A stretch of DNA of 64,000 bases from Squalus acanthias (taxonomy: Eukaryota), in the NCBI GenBank assembly GCA_030390025.1, contig CM059427.1:186310001-186374000 (forward strand). The letters are read 5' to 3'. Below the pieces are notes generated by a model. The model saw only the letters and a program-made list of their open reading frames with translations, was not told where the DNA came from and ran no database searches. Shown here in pieces: positions 36,608 to 51,100 of the stretch. The position numbers were made by a program, and so were the translations under genes. How positions within the stretch are numbered: position 1 is the stretch's first letter; each line of letters begins with the position of its first letter.

Positions 36608-38705
36608 AGTACTGAGAGTGCTGCACTGTCGGAGGGGCAGTACTGAGAGAGTGCTGCACTGTCAGAGGGGCAGTACTGAGGGAGTGCTGCACTGTCGGAG
36701 GAGCAGTACTGAGGGAGTGCTACACTGTCGGAGGAGCAGTACTGAGGGAGTGCCGCTACTGTCAGAGGGGCAGTACTGAGGGAGTGCTGCACTGTCGGAG
36801 GGGCAGTACTGAGGGAGTGCTGCACTGTCGGAGTAGCAGTTCTGAGAGAGTGCTACACTGTCGGAGGAGCAGTACTGAGGGAGTGCTACACTGTCGGAGG
36901 AGCAGTACTTAGGGAGTGCCGCTACTGTCAGAGGGGCAGTACTGAGGGAGTGCTGCACTGTCGGAGGAGCAGTACTGAGGGAGTGCTGCACTGCCGGAGG
37001 GTCAGTAGAGGGAGTGTTGCACTGTCAGAGGGTCAGTACTGAGGGAGTGCCGCTACTGTCAGAGGGGCAGTACTGAGGGAGTGCTGCACTGTCGGAGGAG
37101 CAGTACTGCGGGAGTGCCGCTACTGTCAGAGGTGCAGTACTGAGGGAGTGCTGCACTGTCAGAGGTGCAGTACTGAGGGAGTGCTGCACTGTCGGAGGGT
37201 CAGTAGAGGGAGCGCTGCACTGTCGGAGGGGCAGTACTGAGAGAGTGCTGCACTGTCGGAGGAGCAGTACTGAGGGAGTGCTGCACTGTCAGAGGGGCAG
37301 TACTGAGGGAGTGCTGCACTGTCTATGGGCAGTACTGAGGGAGCACTGCACTGTCAGAGGGGCAGTACTGAGTGAGTGCTGCACTGTCAGATGGACAGTA
37401 CTGAGTGAGCACTGCACTGTCAGAGGGGCAGTACTGAGGGAGTGCTGCACTGTCAGGTGGGCAGTACTGAGGGAGTGCTGCACTGTCAGATGGGCAGTAC
37501 TGAGTGAGTGCTGCACTGTCAGAGGGGCAGTACTGAGGGAGTGCTGCACTGTCAGAGGGGCAGTATGAGGGAGTGCTGCACTGTCAGAGGGGCAGTACTG
37601 AGAGAGTGCTGCACTGTCGGAGGAGCAGTACTGAGGGAGTGCTGCACTGTCAGAGGGGCAGTACTGAGGGAGTGCTGCACTGTCTATGGGCAGTACTGAG
37701 GGAGCACTGCACTGTCAGAGGGGCAGTACTGAGGGAGTGCTGCACTGTCAGGTGGGCAGTACTGAGGGAGTGCTGCACTGTCAGATGGGCAGTACTGAGG
37801 GAGTGCTGCACTGTCAGGTGGGCAGTACTGAGGGAGTGCTGCACTGTCAGAGGGGCAGTACTGAGGGAGTGCTGCACTGTCGGAGGGTCAGTAGAGGGAG
37901 CGCTGCACTGTCGGAGGGGCAGTACTGAGAGAGTGCTGCACTGTCGGAGGAGCAGTACTGAGGGAGTGCTGCACTGTCAGAGGGGCAGTACTGAGTGAGT
38001 GCTGCACTGTCAGATGGACAGTACTGAGTGAGCACTGCACTGTCAGAGGGGCAGTACTGAGGGAGTGCTGCACTGTCAGGTGGGCAGTACTGAGGGAGTG
38101 CTGCACTGTCAGATGGGCAGTACTGAGTGAGTGCTGCACTGTCAGAGGGGCAGTACTGAGGGAGTGCTGCACTGTCAGAGGGGCAGTATTGAGGGAGTGC
38201 TGCACTGTCAGAGGGGCAGTACTGAGGGAGTGCTGCACTGTCAGAGGGGCAGTACTGAGTGAGTGCTGCACTGTCAGAGGGGCAGTACTGAGTGAGTGCT
38301 GCACTGTCAGATGGGCAGTATTGAGGGGGCGCTGCACTGTCAGAGGGGCAGTACTGAGGGAGTGCTGCACTGTCAGAGGGGCAGTACTGAGGGAGTGCTG
38401 CACTGTCAGATGGGCAGTACTGAGTGAGTGCTGCACTGTCAGAGGGGCAGTACTGAGGGAGTGCTGCACTGTCAGATGGGCAGTATTGAGGGGGCGCTGC
38501 ACTGTCAGAGGGGCAGTACTGAGGGAGTGCTGCACTGTCAGAGGGGCAGTACTGAGGGAGTGCTGCACTGTCAGAGGGGCAGTACTGAGGGAGTGCTGCA
38601 CTGACAGATGGGCAGTATTGAGGGGGCGCTGCACTGTCAGAGGGGCAGTACTGAGGGAGTGCTGCACTGTCAGAGGGGCAGTACTGAGGGAGTGCTGCAC
38701 TGTCG
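36608..38705 (+). repeat. 30-bp minisatellite, about 70 units, inside a DeuSINE-like SINE (~36530-38990)
   Basis: cagtactgagggagtgctgcactgtcagagggg units followed directly by SINE body gccgtctttcggg...aagatcccacggccact. Confidence 0.97.
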
Positions 38706-39083
38706 GAGGTGCCGTCTTTCGGGTGTGGTGTTAAACCAAGGCCCCATCTGCCCTCTCAGGGGAATGTTAAAGATCCCACGGCCACTATTCCGAAGAAGAG
38801 CAGGGGTGTTCACCCAGTGTCCTGGAGCCAAAATTTATCCCTGAACCAACATCATTAAAAAACTGATTATCTGGTCATTGTCACATTGCTGTTTGTGGGA
38901 GTTTACTGCATGCAAATTGGCTGCCACGATTCCTATATTACAACAGTTCAAAAGTGCTGCATTGGCTGTAAAGCAGTTTTGATATCCTGAGAGCTGTCGG
39001 GCAAGAGGTGAGGTTCTGATTAACTCCTCTTTCTCTTTCAGACCTTGAGAGTGAGAAGTTGATGAAACATCTGGGAGCGGACA

Positions 39084-39123
39084 ATGATCAGGAAATCTTA
39101 CTTCCTCTTGTCACTTCTCCAAG
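39084..39123 (+). CDS. Gene B signal-peptide exon (exon starts 39042)
   Basis: ctctttcag| acceptor; MIRKSYFLLSLLQ + G|gtaat joins AVLSQEW of the V-set exon. Confidence 0.82.
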
Positions 39124-42100
39124 GTAATATCATTGTCAGCTCGGACATATTTATGGTTAATAGTCTTTGCAACAGATCATTCTTATTGAGCTATGCTTGC
39201 GGACCAAATTCAGTAGTGACCCAGTGTGCTAACTCGCACCAAATCCCGTTCACCCATCTTCTTCTTCTTCTTCTTCTTAGGCAGTCCCTCGGAACCGAGG
39301 ACGACTTGCTTCCACACTAAAAATGAGTTCTCAGGTGACTGATGAGTCCAATGCGGGACCTACAGTCTCTGTCACAAGTGGGGCAGACGGTGGTTGAAGG
39401 GGTGGGTGGGTGGGGTGCTTGGGTTGACGTGCTATCCTTCCGCTGTTTGCGCTTGGCTTCCGCTTGCTCCCGGCGGAGAGACTCGAGGTGTTCGGCGCCT
39501 TCCCGGATGCTTCTCCTCCACTTTGTGCGGTCTTGGGCCAGGGATTCCCAGGTGTCGGTGGGGATGTTGCACTTTTTCAAGGAGGCTTTGAGGGTGTCCT
39601 TGAAGCGTTTCCTCTGCCCACCTGGGGCTCCCTTGCCGTGTCTGAGCTCCGAGTAGAGCGCTTGCTTTGGGAGTCTCGTATCGGGCATGCGGACGATATG
39701 GCCCATCCATCGGAGCTGATCGAGCGTGGTCAAAGCTTCGATGCTGGGGATGTTGGCCTGAACAAGAACACTGACATCACCCCGTGCTCGCTGAAATACA
39801 ACAACAACAACAACTTGTATTTATATAGCACCTTTAACGTAGTAAAACATCCCAAGGCGCTTCACAGGAGTATTATAAGACAAACATTTAACACCGAGCC
39901 ACATAAGGAGAAATTAGGGCAGGAAACAAAAAGCTTGGTCAAAGAGATAGGTTTTAAGGAGCGTCTTAAAGGAGGAAAGAGAGGTAGACAGGCGGAGAGG
40001 TTTAGGCAGGGAATTCCAGAGCTTAGGGCCTAGGCAACAGAAGGCACGGCCACCAATGGTGGAGCGATTATAATCAGGAATGTTCAAGAGGCCAGAATTA
40101 GAGGAGCGCAGATATCTCGGGTGGTTGTGGGGCTGTAGGAGGTTAGAGAGATAGGGAGGGCCGAGGCCATGGAGGGATTTGAAAACAAGAATGAGAATTT
40201 TGCAATCGAGGCTTTGCCTAACCAGGAGCCAATGTAGGTCAGTGAGCACAGGAGTGATGGGTGAACGGGACTTGGTGCGAGTTAGGACACGGGCAGCCGA
40301 GTTTTTGATGACCTCAAGTTTACATAGGGTAGAACATGAGAGGCCAGCCAGGAGCGCATTGGACACATTGGATCCCAGTCCGGCTAAAGAATTGGAGGAG
40401 CGCGGAGATCTTCGAGGGTTGCAGGGCTGGAGGAGGTTACAGAGATAGGAAGTGGAGAGAGGCCATAGAGGGGTTTGAATTTGAGGATGAGGATTTTAAA
40501 TTCGAGGCATTGCTGATCAGGGAGCCAGTGTAGGTCAGTCAGCACAGGGGGTAATGTGTTGAGGAGAGAAGGGGGGATAAAAGCTGGGGGATGAAATCTA
40601 TCCCGTGTTAGAGGTTCAAAAGCAAGTCCTGAAATTTATGCCTTTTGCTGACTTTAGCGAGAAGTCACCCTGAAGGCAACACTGCAGAACTTAGAATAGA
40701 CGGGCAGTTCAGCCCTCACCCTCCCTGCCCATTCTCACCATGATAGCAACCATGATAAGGGGGCAAAATAACAAAGTTGGAAAGAAGGCAAACCAGGAAA
40801 TGTATAAAGGTGTCAAATATACAGAGCTTCCCTATTGGCCACTGAATTGCTGTGCAGTTAAATGTCATAGAATCATAGAATTATAGAATGATACAGAAGG
40901 AGGCCATTCAGCCCATCGTGCCTGTGCCGGCTCTTTGAAAGAGCTATCTAATTAGTCCCACTTCCCTGCTCTTTCCCCAGAGCCCTGTAATTTTTTTCCC
41001 TTCCAGTATTTATCCAATTCCCTTTTTAAAGTTACTATTGAATCTGCTTCCACCACCCTTTCAGGCAGTGTACTCCTGATCACAACAACTCGCTGTGCAA
41101 AATAAAATTTAGGCTGACTGCTCAGTGATGATTACACTCCAAGCCAAGTGGATATGAGGCGAAATGTTATTACGCAGCGAGTTGTTGTGATCTGGAATGC
41201 ACTGCCTGAAAGGGCGGTGGAAGGAGATTCAATTGTACCTTTCAGAAGGGAATTGGATATAACCTTGAAGCGGAAAAGTTTGCAGGGCAATGGGGAAAGA
41301 GCAGGAGATTGGGACTAATTGGACAGCTCTTTCAAAATGCCGGCACAGTCACGATGGGCCGAACGGCCTCCTTCTGTGCTGTAAGATTTTATGATTCTAC
41401 GATTTAAGTTCCTTATCAGCAACTCTTTACTTTTCATGCTGAAATCATGAATATTTCAGAAGAACAGGGAACAAGAGGTGTTTGGCATCAGCGTTTGTGT
41501 GAGGCCCACTTCAGTTTTAACAAACACGCAGTCTGTAAAGGTCGTGAACCCAACACAGCTGCACCGCTGACACATTCAGAGCTCAGGCTAGAGGCGCTTT
41601 GCTACTGTGCTTCAAAGTGTCTGCTGGAGTCGGGCCAGTGCTGAGCCTGGGGACAAGTCAGTCTACAATGCTGTATTAACCTACAACAACATTGTTGGAT
41701 CTAAAGTGTTTCTTTAGGCAATGAGGATCCAAAGTGATTCCTTAGTTAATGAGGATACAAAGTGATTCATTAGACAATGAAGACACAAAGTGCGCCAAGT
41801 AGACTGAATCATCTTAGCCAATCAGACGCGTTGCAGACCAAACAAGAAGGTTTAGCTAATTAATGATTCATGATGGAGATAATGGCGTGAGTTCTGACGG
41901 ATCTTAATCCATTGTTCCTGCCTTGTAAGTCAGCGTAGAATGTATCTCAATTGGTGCGCCATTTAGACATTGTGTTGGGTGGAAGACTTGCTTCACTAAA
42001 TAGGGTCCTGAGGTCCGTGAGCCAATATAGAATGAACTTGCCCACTCCCTGTCCAGGATTCCCTTCCATCCGTTGGGTTGATGGAGCCATCTGTTGGGTG

Positions 42101-45100
42101 AAGAATTGTTTTCACATACAGCAATGTTGTGTGCTGAAGAAAAGGCATGAACACAGGTGGATGTAAGATCCACGGGCAATGTGACTAGGAGTCTGTCCGA
42201 CATGTGGGTTCACTATAATACTGATTGCCCAACCTCTCCTCCCCAGTCCTCCTCCCCAATCACAGAACATGATGTGCGGTGTTTTATATTCATTCTTGGA
42301 TTACTTTGCCTCAGGATTTACCAGGAAGACTAACAGGGTGGACATGACATTAGAAGAAGAGATCAAACAAGTTATCAAGACATTTAAGATAGAAAGGTGG
42401 CGGGGTGGTGGTGGGGAGGGCTAATTGATAAACTAGTCAAACTCGCAGAGTATAAAATCCATGCTCCGATGGATTGCATCTAAAATAAGCTAGGGAAGAG
42501 ATAGCAGAGACACTATTATATCTATGTGAAACCTGATTAGAAAAGGGAATAGCACCAAAGGACTGGCGGACAGCTAATGTTATTCCTCTATTTATAAAGG
42601 GTGAAAGAACAACTCCAGGGAACTGTAAACCAGTTAGCTTAATGTCACTCAAAAATGTAATAGAAATCCATCCAGAAAACAAAAATATAATAAAGAATGT
42701 ATTTCAAAAGGGAAGGTCATGCTTGACCAACCTTATTGAATTATTTGAAGAAGTAACAGAAAAAGTAGATAAGGTAGTGTAGACTTGGATACACTCGCCC
42801 ATTCCTAGTTGCCTTCAGTGCTGGTGGACCTTCTCCTTGAAACGCTGCAGTCCGTGTGCTGAAGGTGCCCTCACAATGTCTCTAGGTAGAGAATTCCAAT
42901 ATATTGACCCAGTGACGAGGCAGCAACGGTGTGTGACCTGGAGGTGATGGGCATCCAATCACATTGCTGCTACTGTCCTTCTGGGTGTTGGAGGTGGTAG
43001 GGGAGGGAAGTGTTGTCAACGTAGAGAGTTCCGCTTTGCGGAACACCTCTGTTCAGTCCGTAAGGGGGACCCCGAGCTTCCGGTCGCCTGCTACTTTAAT
43101 TCTCCACTCCACTCCCACTCAGACCCTCACCATCCTCGGCCTCTTACATTGTTCCACTGAAGCTCAACGTAAGCTCGAGGAACAGCACCTCATCTTTCGA
43201 TTAGGCACTTTACAGCCTTCTGGACTCAACATAGAGTTCAACAATTTCAGATCATAACCTCGGCCCCTATCATATATATTTTTTTCCACACTTTTTTTTC
43301 CCTTCTCTCCCACATGGCAGCTGTCTTTCATTCTGCCAGCGCAATTTACACTTCATCTAGAGCCATCCTTTGTTTTTTAACCTGTCCCATTACCATCTCA
43401 TTTTGCCTTGCCTTAATGTCTCTTAACCTCTCCTGCCTTCTATCCTATCACAGACCTTCCCTTTTGTTCTTTCATCCCCTCCCCCCTTTCGAGCTCCCAC
43501 ACTTGCTTAAAAATCTGTTCCATTTCCTGCTTTTTTCCTGTTCTGACGAAAGTTCATCGACCTGAAACGTTAACTCTGTTTCTCTCTTCACAGATGCTGC
43601 CTGCCCTGCTGAGTATCTCCAGCATTTTCTGTTTTTAGTGAAGAGTTCCTTGTTTGTCCTGTAGATGGTACACACTGCAGCCACTATGCGTTCGTGATGG
43701 AGGGGGTGGATATCAAGTCTAGTGGGTCTGCAAGCCATCCAGTGCTAAATATTGATATTTCTTTCCTCAGCTGTATTGTCACAAGAGTGGAAAGGTGGCA
43801 GTCCACGAGATGTGACAGCACAGGAAGGTTTGTGCGCACAGATTCCCTGTCGTTACAGTTATCCATCACGTCTGGCAAACGAACCGCGAGGTGGAGTCTG
43901 GTTTAATACCGAGAAAGTGAAAGACTGGGCTCCCCTAGCCTTTCACTCCAAGGATCACAAGCATGAGTCGCCACGGTTACGCCATCGGACCCGGCTGTCT
44001 GGCGATTTGAAAGATGGCGACTGTTCCCTGATTATAAACGATATCATACCGCAAGATGCAGGACCTTATTTTTTCAGAATAGAATTTGACAATGGGAAGA
44101 GCCATAACTACGACCCTGCAACACGGCTTCATGTTTCTGGTAAGTGCTGTGTCGACAATTCACGTTTAACTGTCAATGGGAAATAACATAAACTGTGGCG
44201 TTTCCATATTAACACAAAACACAGCTTATTATAACGCAGCGTCTGATGATCAATAACCTGCTGATACCTTCCAGTTCAGTCCTAAAGCAAGCTCTGATCT
44301 TTATTAGCAATGATGAAATGTCCTGCCTGTGTCCATCAATGTTCCGGAGTGACTGCCAATGAGCCGGAAGTTACCGGAAGCTGCGCAGAAGCATTCTGCA
44401 CATAAATGTCAGGTCCCAAATTTGAAAAAGTAACGGTCACCACAGCAGACAGAGGAGCCAATAGTGATCAGCGAACTCGGTGAGAGTACAATGAAACTCT
44501 CACAAGCTGACAACATCCTAATATCACCTTCAAGTCACATTAAAGACCTCACAATACCTGTGAAAAAAAACCCACTGGAACTGCACATGTGCAACTACTC
44601 CCAGTTGGTTGGCAGCAGTCGCGTCCTTAATGTTATCAGGTTATCGACTCCCATCTATCTCTAATCATCTCTAAGCATAGAGACAAAAGTAAGAACTTGC
44701 ATTTCTATAGCGCCTTTAATGACCTCAGGATGTCCCAATGCGCTTTACAGCCAATGAAGTGCATTTGAAGTGAAGTCACTGTTGGAACGTAGGAAACAGA
44801 TCAGACAATTTGTGCACAACAAGCTCCCAGAAACAGCCCGGTGATAAATGAACAGATCATCTTTTTTTAGGTGATGGTTGAGAGATAAATGCAAATAGTT
44901 TCCGTCCTGCCGTAGACAGGATTGAATTTAACGTTGGCAGAGATCTCTTGGGAGAATGATGAGTCAGTGACCGGCTCCACCATCCCCACCCAATATTGTC
45001 AATTCAAGGGTCTCAGAGTAAAAGTGTATTAAGAACAGTGACAGACACTCCGCCAGGTCTGAAAATAGGGAAGTACTTTCGCTTACATAGTTACAGAGAG

Positions 45101-48100
45101 TTACAGAGAGATACACAGAGTTACAGAGAGTTACACAGAGTTACATAGAGGTACACAGAGTTACAGAGATACATAGAGTTACACAGAGTTACAGAGTTAC
45201 ACAGTTACATAGAGTTACACAGAGATACACAGAGTTACACAGTTACATAGAGTTACACAGAGATACATAGAGTTACATAGAGTTACACAGAGTTACATAG
45301 AGTTACATAGAGTTACACAGTTACATAGAGTTACACAGAGTTACATAGAGTTACACAGAGTTACACAGTTACATAGAGTTACACAGAGTTACACAGAGTT
45401 ACAGAGATACATAGAGTTACAGAGAGTTACACAGTTACATAGAGTTACACAGAGATACATAGAGTTACAGAGAGTTACATAGAGTTACACAGAGTTACAC
45501 AGAGTTATATAGAGTTACATAGAGTTACACAGTTACATAGAGTTACACAGAGTTACATAGAGGTACACAGAGTTACACAGAGTTACACAGTTACAAAGAG
45601 TTACACAGAGCTCCATAGAGTTACACAGAGTTACACAGAGTTACATAGAGTTACACAGAATTACACAGAGTTACACAGAGTTACATAGAGTTACATAGAG
45701 ATACACAGAGTTACAGAGAGTTACATAGAGGTACACAGAGTTACACAGAGTTACAGTGTTACACAGAGTTACACAGAGTTACACAGTTACATAGAGTTAC
45801 ACAGAGTTACACAGAGTTACACAGAGTTACACCGAGTTATACAGAGTTACAGAGAGTTACACAGAGTTACATAGAGTTACATAGAGATACACAGAGTTAC
45901 AGAGAGTTACATAGAGGTACCCAGAGTTACACAGAGTTACAGTGTTACACAGAGTTACACAGAGTTACACAGTTACATAGAGTTACACAGAGTTACACAG
46001 AGTTACACCGAGTTATACAGAGTTACAGAGAGTTACACAGAGTTACATAGAGTTACATAGAGATACACAGAGTTACAGAGAGTTACACAGAGTTACATAG
46101 AGTTACACCGAGTTATACAGAGTTACAGAGAGTTACACCGAGTTATACAGAGTTATACAGAGTTGCATAGAGTCGACAGCACAGAAACAGGCCGTTCAGT
46201 CCAACTGGTCCATGCCGGTGTTTATGCTCCACACAAGCCCTCTCCCACCCCTCTTCATCTCACCCTAAAAGCATATCCTTCTATTCCTTTCACCATCATG
46301 TGTTTATCTAGCTTCCCCTTAAATGCCTCCATGCTATTTGCCTCAACCACTCCATGTGGTATTTAGTTTCACATTCTCACTACTCTTTGGGTGAAGAAGT
46401 TTCTCCTGAATTCCCTATTGGATTTATTAGTGACTATCTTCTATTGACAGCCTCTAATTTTGGACTCCCCCCACAATTGGAAACATTTTCTCTACGTCTA
46501 CCCTATCGAACCCTCTAATAATTTTAAAGGCCTCTATCAGTTCTCCCCTCAACCTTCTCTTTACTAGAGAAAAGAGCCCCAGCCTGCTCAATCTTTCCTG
46601 AATGTTGTAACCTCTCAGTTCTGATATTATCCTTGTAAAAGTTCTTTCTCTTGCGGGACTGTGATTTCTATTTGAACTGATGCTTCACGTTACATTTATC
46701 TAAAAGGATCTATTCTCTGTGTGTTAGATTTCACAGATAAACCCACGATATTCCCCGCTGAAATTATTGCAGGAAAGCGTGTGGACGTCAGCTGCACCTT
46801 CAACACCACGTGCAATGGAACAGCACCTGACTTAACCTGGGTCAATCCCGCTGACGTACCCGGGTCAGTCTCAAACAATGTAACTCAGCATGGCATCACT
46901 CTGATATATACTTCTGTTCTGACCCTGATCCCATCACTCAAGCACCACGGACAAACTCTCACCTGCAGAGTCAGATATCCAAACGTTTCATCAGAGCAGA
47001 CACTAGCACTAACTGTGCAATGTAAGTATGAACATCCTTTATTCTAGATTGCGCGTAGCAAGATCCCACAAACAGCAATGTGGTGTTGACCAGATCATCT
47101 GTTTTTTTAGTGATAATTATTAGCCAGGACACCGGGGAGAACTCTTCTTTGAATAGTGTCATGGGATCTTATGTCCACCTGAGAGGGCAGACGGGGCCTC
47201 AGATAAACATCTCATGTGAAAGACAGCACCTCTGACAGTGCATCACTCCCTCAGTACTGCACCTCTGACAGTTCATCACTCCCTCATTACTGCACCTCTG
47301 ACAATGCATCACTCCCTCAGTACTGCACCTCTGACAGTGCAGAACTCCCTCAGTACTGCACCTCTGACAGTGCAGAACTCCCTCAGTACTGCACCTCTGA
47401 CAGTTCATCACTCCCTCAGTACTGCACCTCTGACAGTTCATCACTCCCTCAGTACTGCACCTCTGACAATGCATCACTCACTCAGTACTGCACCTCTGAC
47501 AGTGTAGAACTCCCTCAGTACTGCACCTCTGACAGTTCATCACTCCCTCAGTACTGCACCTCTGACAGTTCATCACTCCCTCAGTACTGCACCTCTGACA
47601 GTGTATCACTCCCTCAGTACTGCACCTCCGACAGTGCAGAACTCCCTCAGTACTGCACCTCTGACAGTGCAGAACTCCCTCAGTACTGCACCTCTGACAG
47701 TGCATCACTCCCTCAGTACTGCACTAAAGTGTCTGCCTGGATTACGCACTTTGTGATGATGGAACTTGCATTGATATCACATGATTCACGTTCTCAGGAT
47801 CTCTCGAAGTGCTTCACAGTCATGTAAGTTAACTGATCTTTATTTGTTTTTAGACGCACCACGGAATCTCTCAATTACTTCTCATGATACGATTAAAAAT
47901 TCCTCGATCAATATAAAAGAAGGGAAATCTGTAGTGATACTCTGCTCTGTCGAGAGCTTCCCAGCTTCTAACCTGATGTGGCGACATCTTGGTGTCACAA
48001 TGAACAGAACAAGTTCCAGCAACAAGCTGTGGTTGGAGTTTCCTCACGTTACATCCAGGGTCACAGGAGACTATCAGTGTGTGGCGGAGAATGAACATGG

Positions 48101-51100
48101 GGTAGTGAACAGGGTCACAACCATCACTGTGGAATGTGAGTGTACAGATACTTTCACATATGAACATACAAATTAGGAGCAGGAGTAGGGCACTCGGCCC
48201 CTCGAGCCTGCTCCGCCATTCAATAAGATCATGGCTGATCTGATTACTCCACATTCCCGCCTACCCCCGATAACCTTTCACCCCCTTGCTTATCAAGAAT
48301 CAATCTACCTCTGCCTTAAAAATATTCAAAGACTTTGCTTCTACCGCCCTCTGAGCAAGAGAGTTCCAAAGACTCACGATCCTCTTTGAGAAAAAGTTTC
48401 TCCTCATCTCTGTCTTAAATGGGCGACCCCTTATTTTAAACAGTGACCCCTAGTTCTAGATTCTCCCACAAGAGGAAACATCCTCTCCACATCCACCCTG
48501 CCAAGACCCCTCAGGATCGTATATGTTTCAATCAAGTTGCCTCTTACTCTTCTAAACTCCAGTGGATACAAGTCTAGCCTGTCCAACATTTCCTCATAAG
48601 ACAACCCGCCCATTCCTGGTATTAGTCTAGTAACCCTTCTCTGAACTGCTTCCAATGCATTTACATCCTTCCTTAAATAAGGAGACCAATACTGTACACA
48701 GTACTCCAGATGTGGTCTCACCAATGCCGTGTATAGCTGAAGCATAACCTCCCTACATTGTATTCAATTACCCTCGCAATAAACAATAACATTCTATTAG
48801 CTTTCCTCATTACATCTCTCACAAACACACACACACGGACTCACACACGCACATGCTCGCCTCACACATACACATTGTAGGGGGTGGTGGTTTGTGTCAG
48901 CTTTACCTCTGACTTCTGAGCAGTCCGAATCGCTCCCACTCCCTTGGTTCTAGACCTTGGACTTATTTGGGGGTTGTGATACAAAGGTGCAGCAGACAAC
49001 TGAGTTTGATGAAAGAACTTCAATCTTTATTAAAAGGTAAGACACAAATAATAACACTCTTAACACTCTAAAGGTGGGGAACACTTCGGTCTCACCCATT
49101 GAACATGGCCTTATCTACCTGCCAAATCTACTCAGTTCATTGTCTGATTTTTGGTGGACCTGTTACCAGTAACTGCTCTGTAAGTGTCAAATGGGTTTTG
49201 GGATGGTTTGCATCCTGTCGATCTGCTTGGCTGATCACTGGTGATTGGTTTTGTGTTTTGTGTTTCTAGGCTGGACTCAGTCTTTTCTATAGACTGGTCC
49301 TGAGTGATTTGTATTATGCATGTTTTCTGATGGACCCTGTAATCGGTTTGATGGGGCCTGTTGTTTTGGGTGGGACTGTCTTCTCCCAGGGTCTATTGTC
49401 AAAATGTCAATGCTTGCTGGGGCTTGAGTAGGGTCATCCCGGTCCCCAGACAGTGCAATTAACTACAATAACCAAAACTGCTTTTGCAGAGGTTGAACCC
49501 ACCTTCTTTCACAGCCTTTTCTCCCTTTACAGGCCCAGACATAATTTTAAAATGCCAAAACTTGGTTTTTGCTCTTACAGTCTCTTAGGTTAGGCCCAAA
49601 TGCAATATTATCACTCTGAGGTAGTTCCAAAGTCCTTTTTACTTAGGTTTTGGGCATCTGCAAAATTTTGGAAACCTTACAACCTTACAACCTTACAAGC
49701 GCACTGACACACAAGCATGCACGCACCTACATTGACTCACAAACACACACATGGAGACACACATACACAAACACACACACACGCACGAACACACTTACCT
49801 CCACACACAAACTCGCATACAGAAGCACAGACCCAAACACATGCACACACACATGAACACACATGCAGAGGCAGACACACACGCACATGCACAGACACAC
49901 AAAGATGGAATTCAATCCGGAGAAGTGTGAAGTAATGCATTTGGGGAGGGCTATCAAGGCAAGGGAATACACAATAAACGGTAGGCTACTGAGAAGTGTA
50001 GAGGATCAGAGGGACATGTGTGCATGACCACAGATCCCTGAATGTAGCAGGACAGGTAGATAAGGTGGTTAAGAAGGCATACAGGATACTTTCCATTATT
50101 AGCTGAGGCACAGAATAGAAGAGCAGAGTGGTTATGCTTGAACTGTATAAAACACTAGTTAGGCCACAGCTAGGGTACTGCGTACATTTCTGGTCAACAC
50201 ATTACAGGAAAGATATGATTGCACTAGAGAGGGTACAGAGGAGATTTACAGGCTGTTGCCAGGAATGGAGAATACTAGCTATGAGGAAAGATTGGATAGG
50301 CTGGGATTGTTTTCTTTGGAACAGAGGAGGCTGAGGGGAGACTTGATTGAGGTGTATAAAATTATGATGTGCTGAGATAGAATGGATGGGAAGGACCTAG
50401 TTCCACGAGCAGAGAGGTCAATAACCAGGGGCCATAGATTTAAATTAATTGGTAGAAGGATTAGAAGGGAGTTGAAGAGAATATTTTTCACCCAGAGTGT
50501 GGTGGGGGTCTGGAACTCACTGCCTGAATGGATGGTAGAGGCAGAAACCCTCATCGCATTAAAAAACGACTTGGATATGCACTTAAAGTGTCGTAACCTA
50601 CAAGGCTACGCACCAAGAGCTGGAAAGTGGGATTAGGCTGGATAGTTCTTTTTCGACCGGCACAGACATGATGGGTCGAATGGCCTCCTTCTGTGCCGTA
50701 AATTTCTATGATTCTATGACACAAAGGCACACATGCACACACAGAAAAACACGAGCACACACACACTTGTGACTTGACTGACCTCCCTCAGTACTGCTCT
50801 GGAGTCTTGGCCTGGATTCTGGGCTTCGTGTTGAAAATTGCTATTGAAAGTCTCCACTCTTCAGGCTCAGAGAAACTCTTCTTCTCTACCTGTCTCAACT
50901 CATCCTGGAAACATCGGCGCCTCATCACTCTCATTCTAACTGAGGGCTCGTGCATAGTGAGCACAAGAGCAGGAAACTCGAGGCTCTGGGTGGCCTCCTG
51001 AAACAGGCTTTAGGCGTCTTGCACATGAAATTCTGGGTCCTAACGCCAACTGGAGGACCCCGATTGAAATTGGTGTACAGATGGGCGGAGCTTATGCCGG

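Noticed and set aside
36608-38705. CRISPR-like array
   Set aside because: Contiguous tandem units without unique spacers, vertebrate context, no cas genes.
49690-49900. His/Thr- and Cys/Val-rich ORFs in CA-rich tracts (also ~17590, 19530, 56200, 62520)
   Set aside because: Translation of degenerate (CA)n microsatellite.
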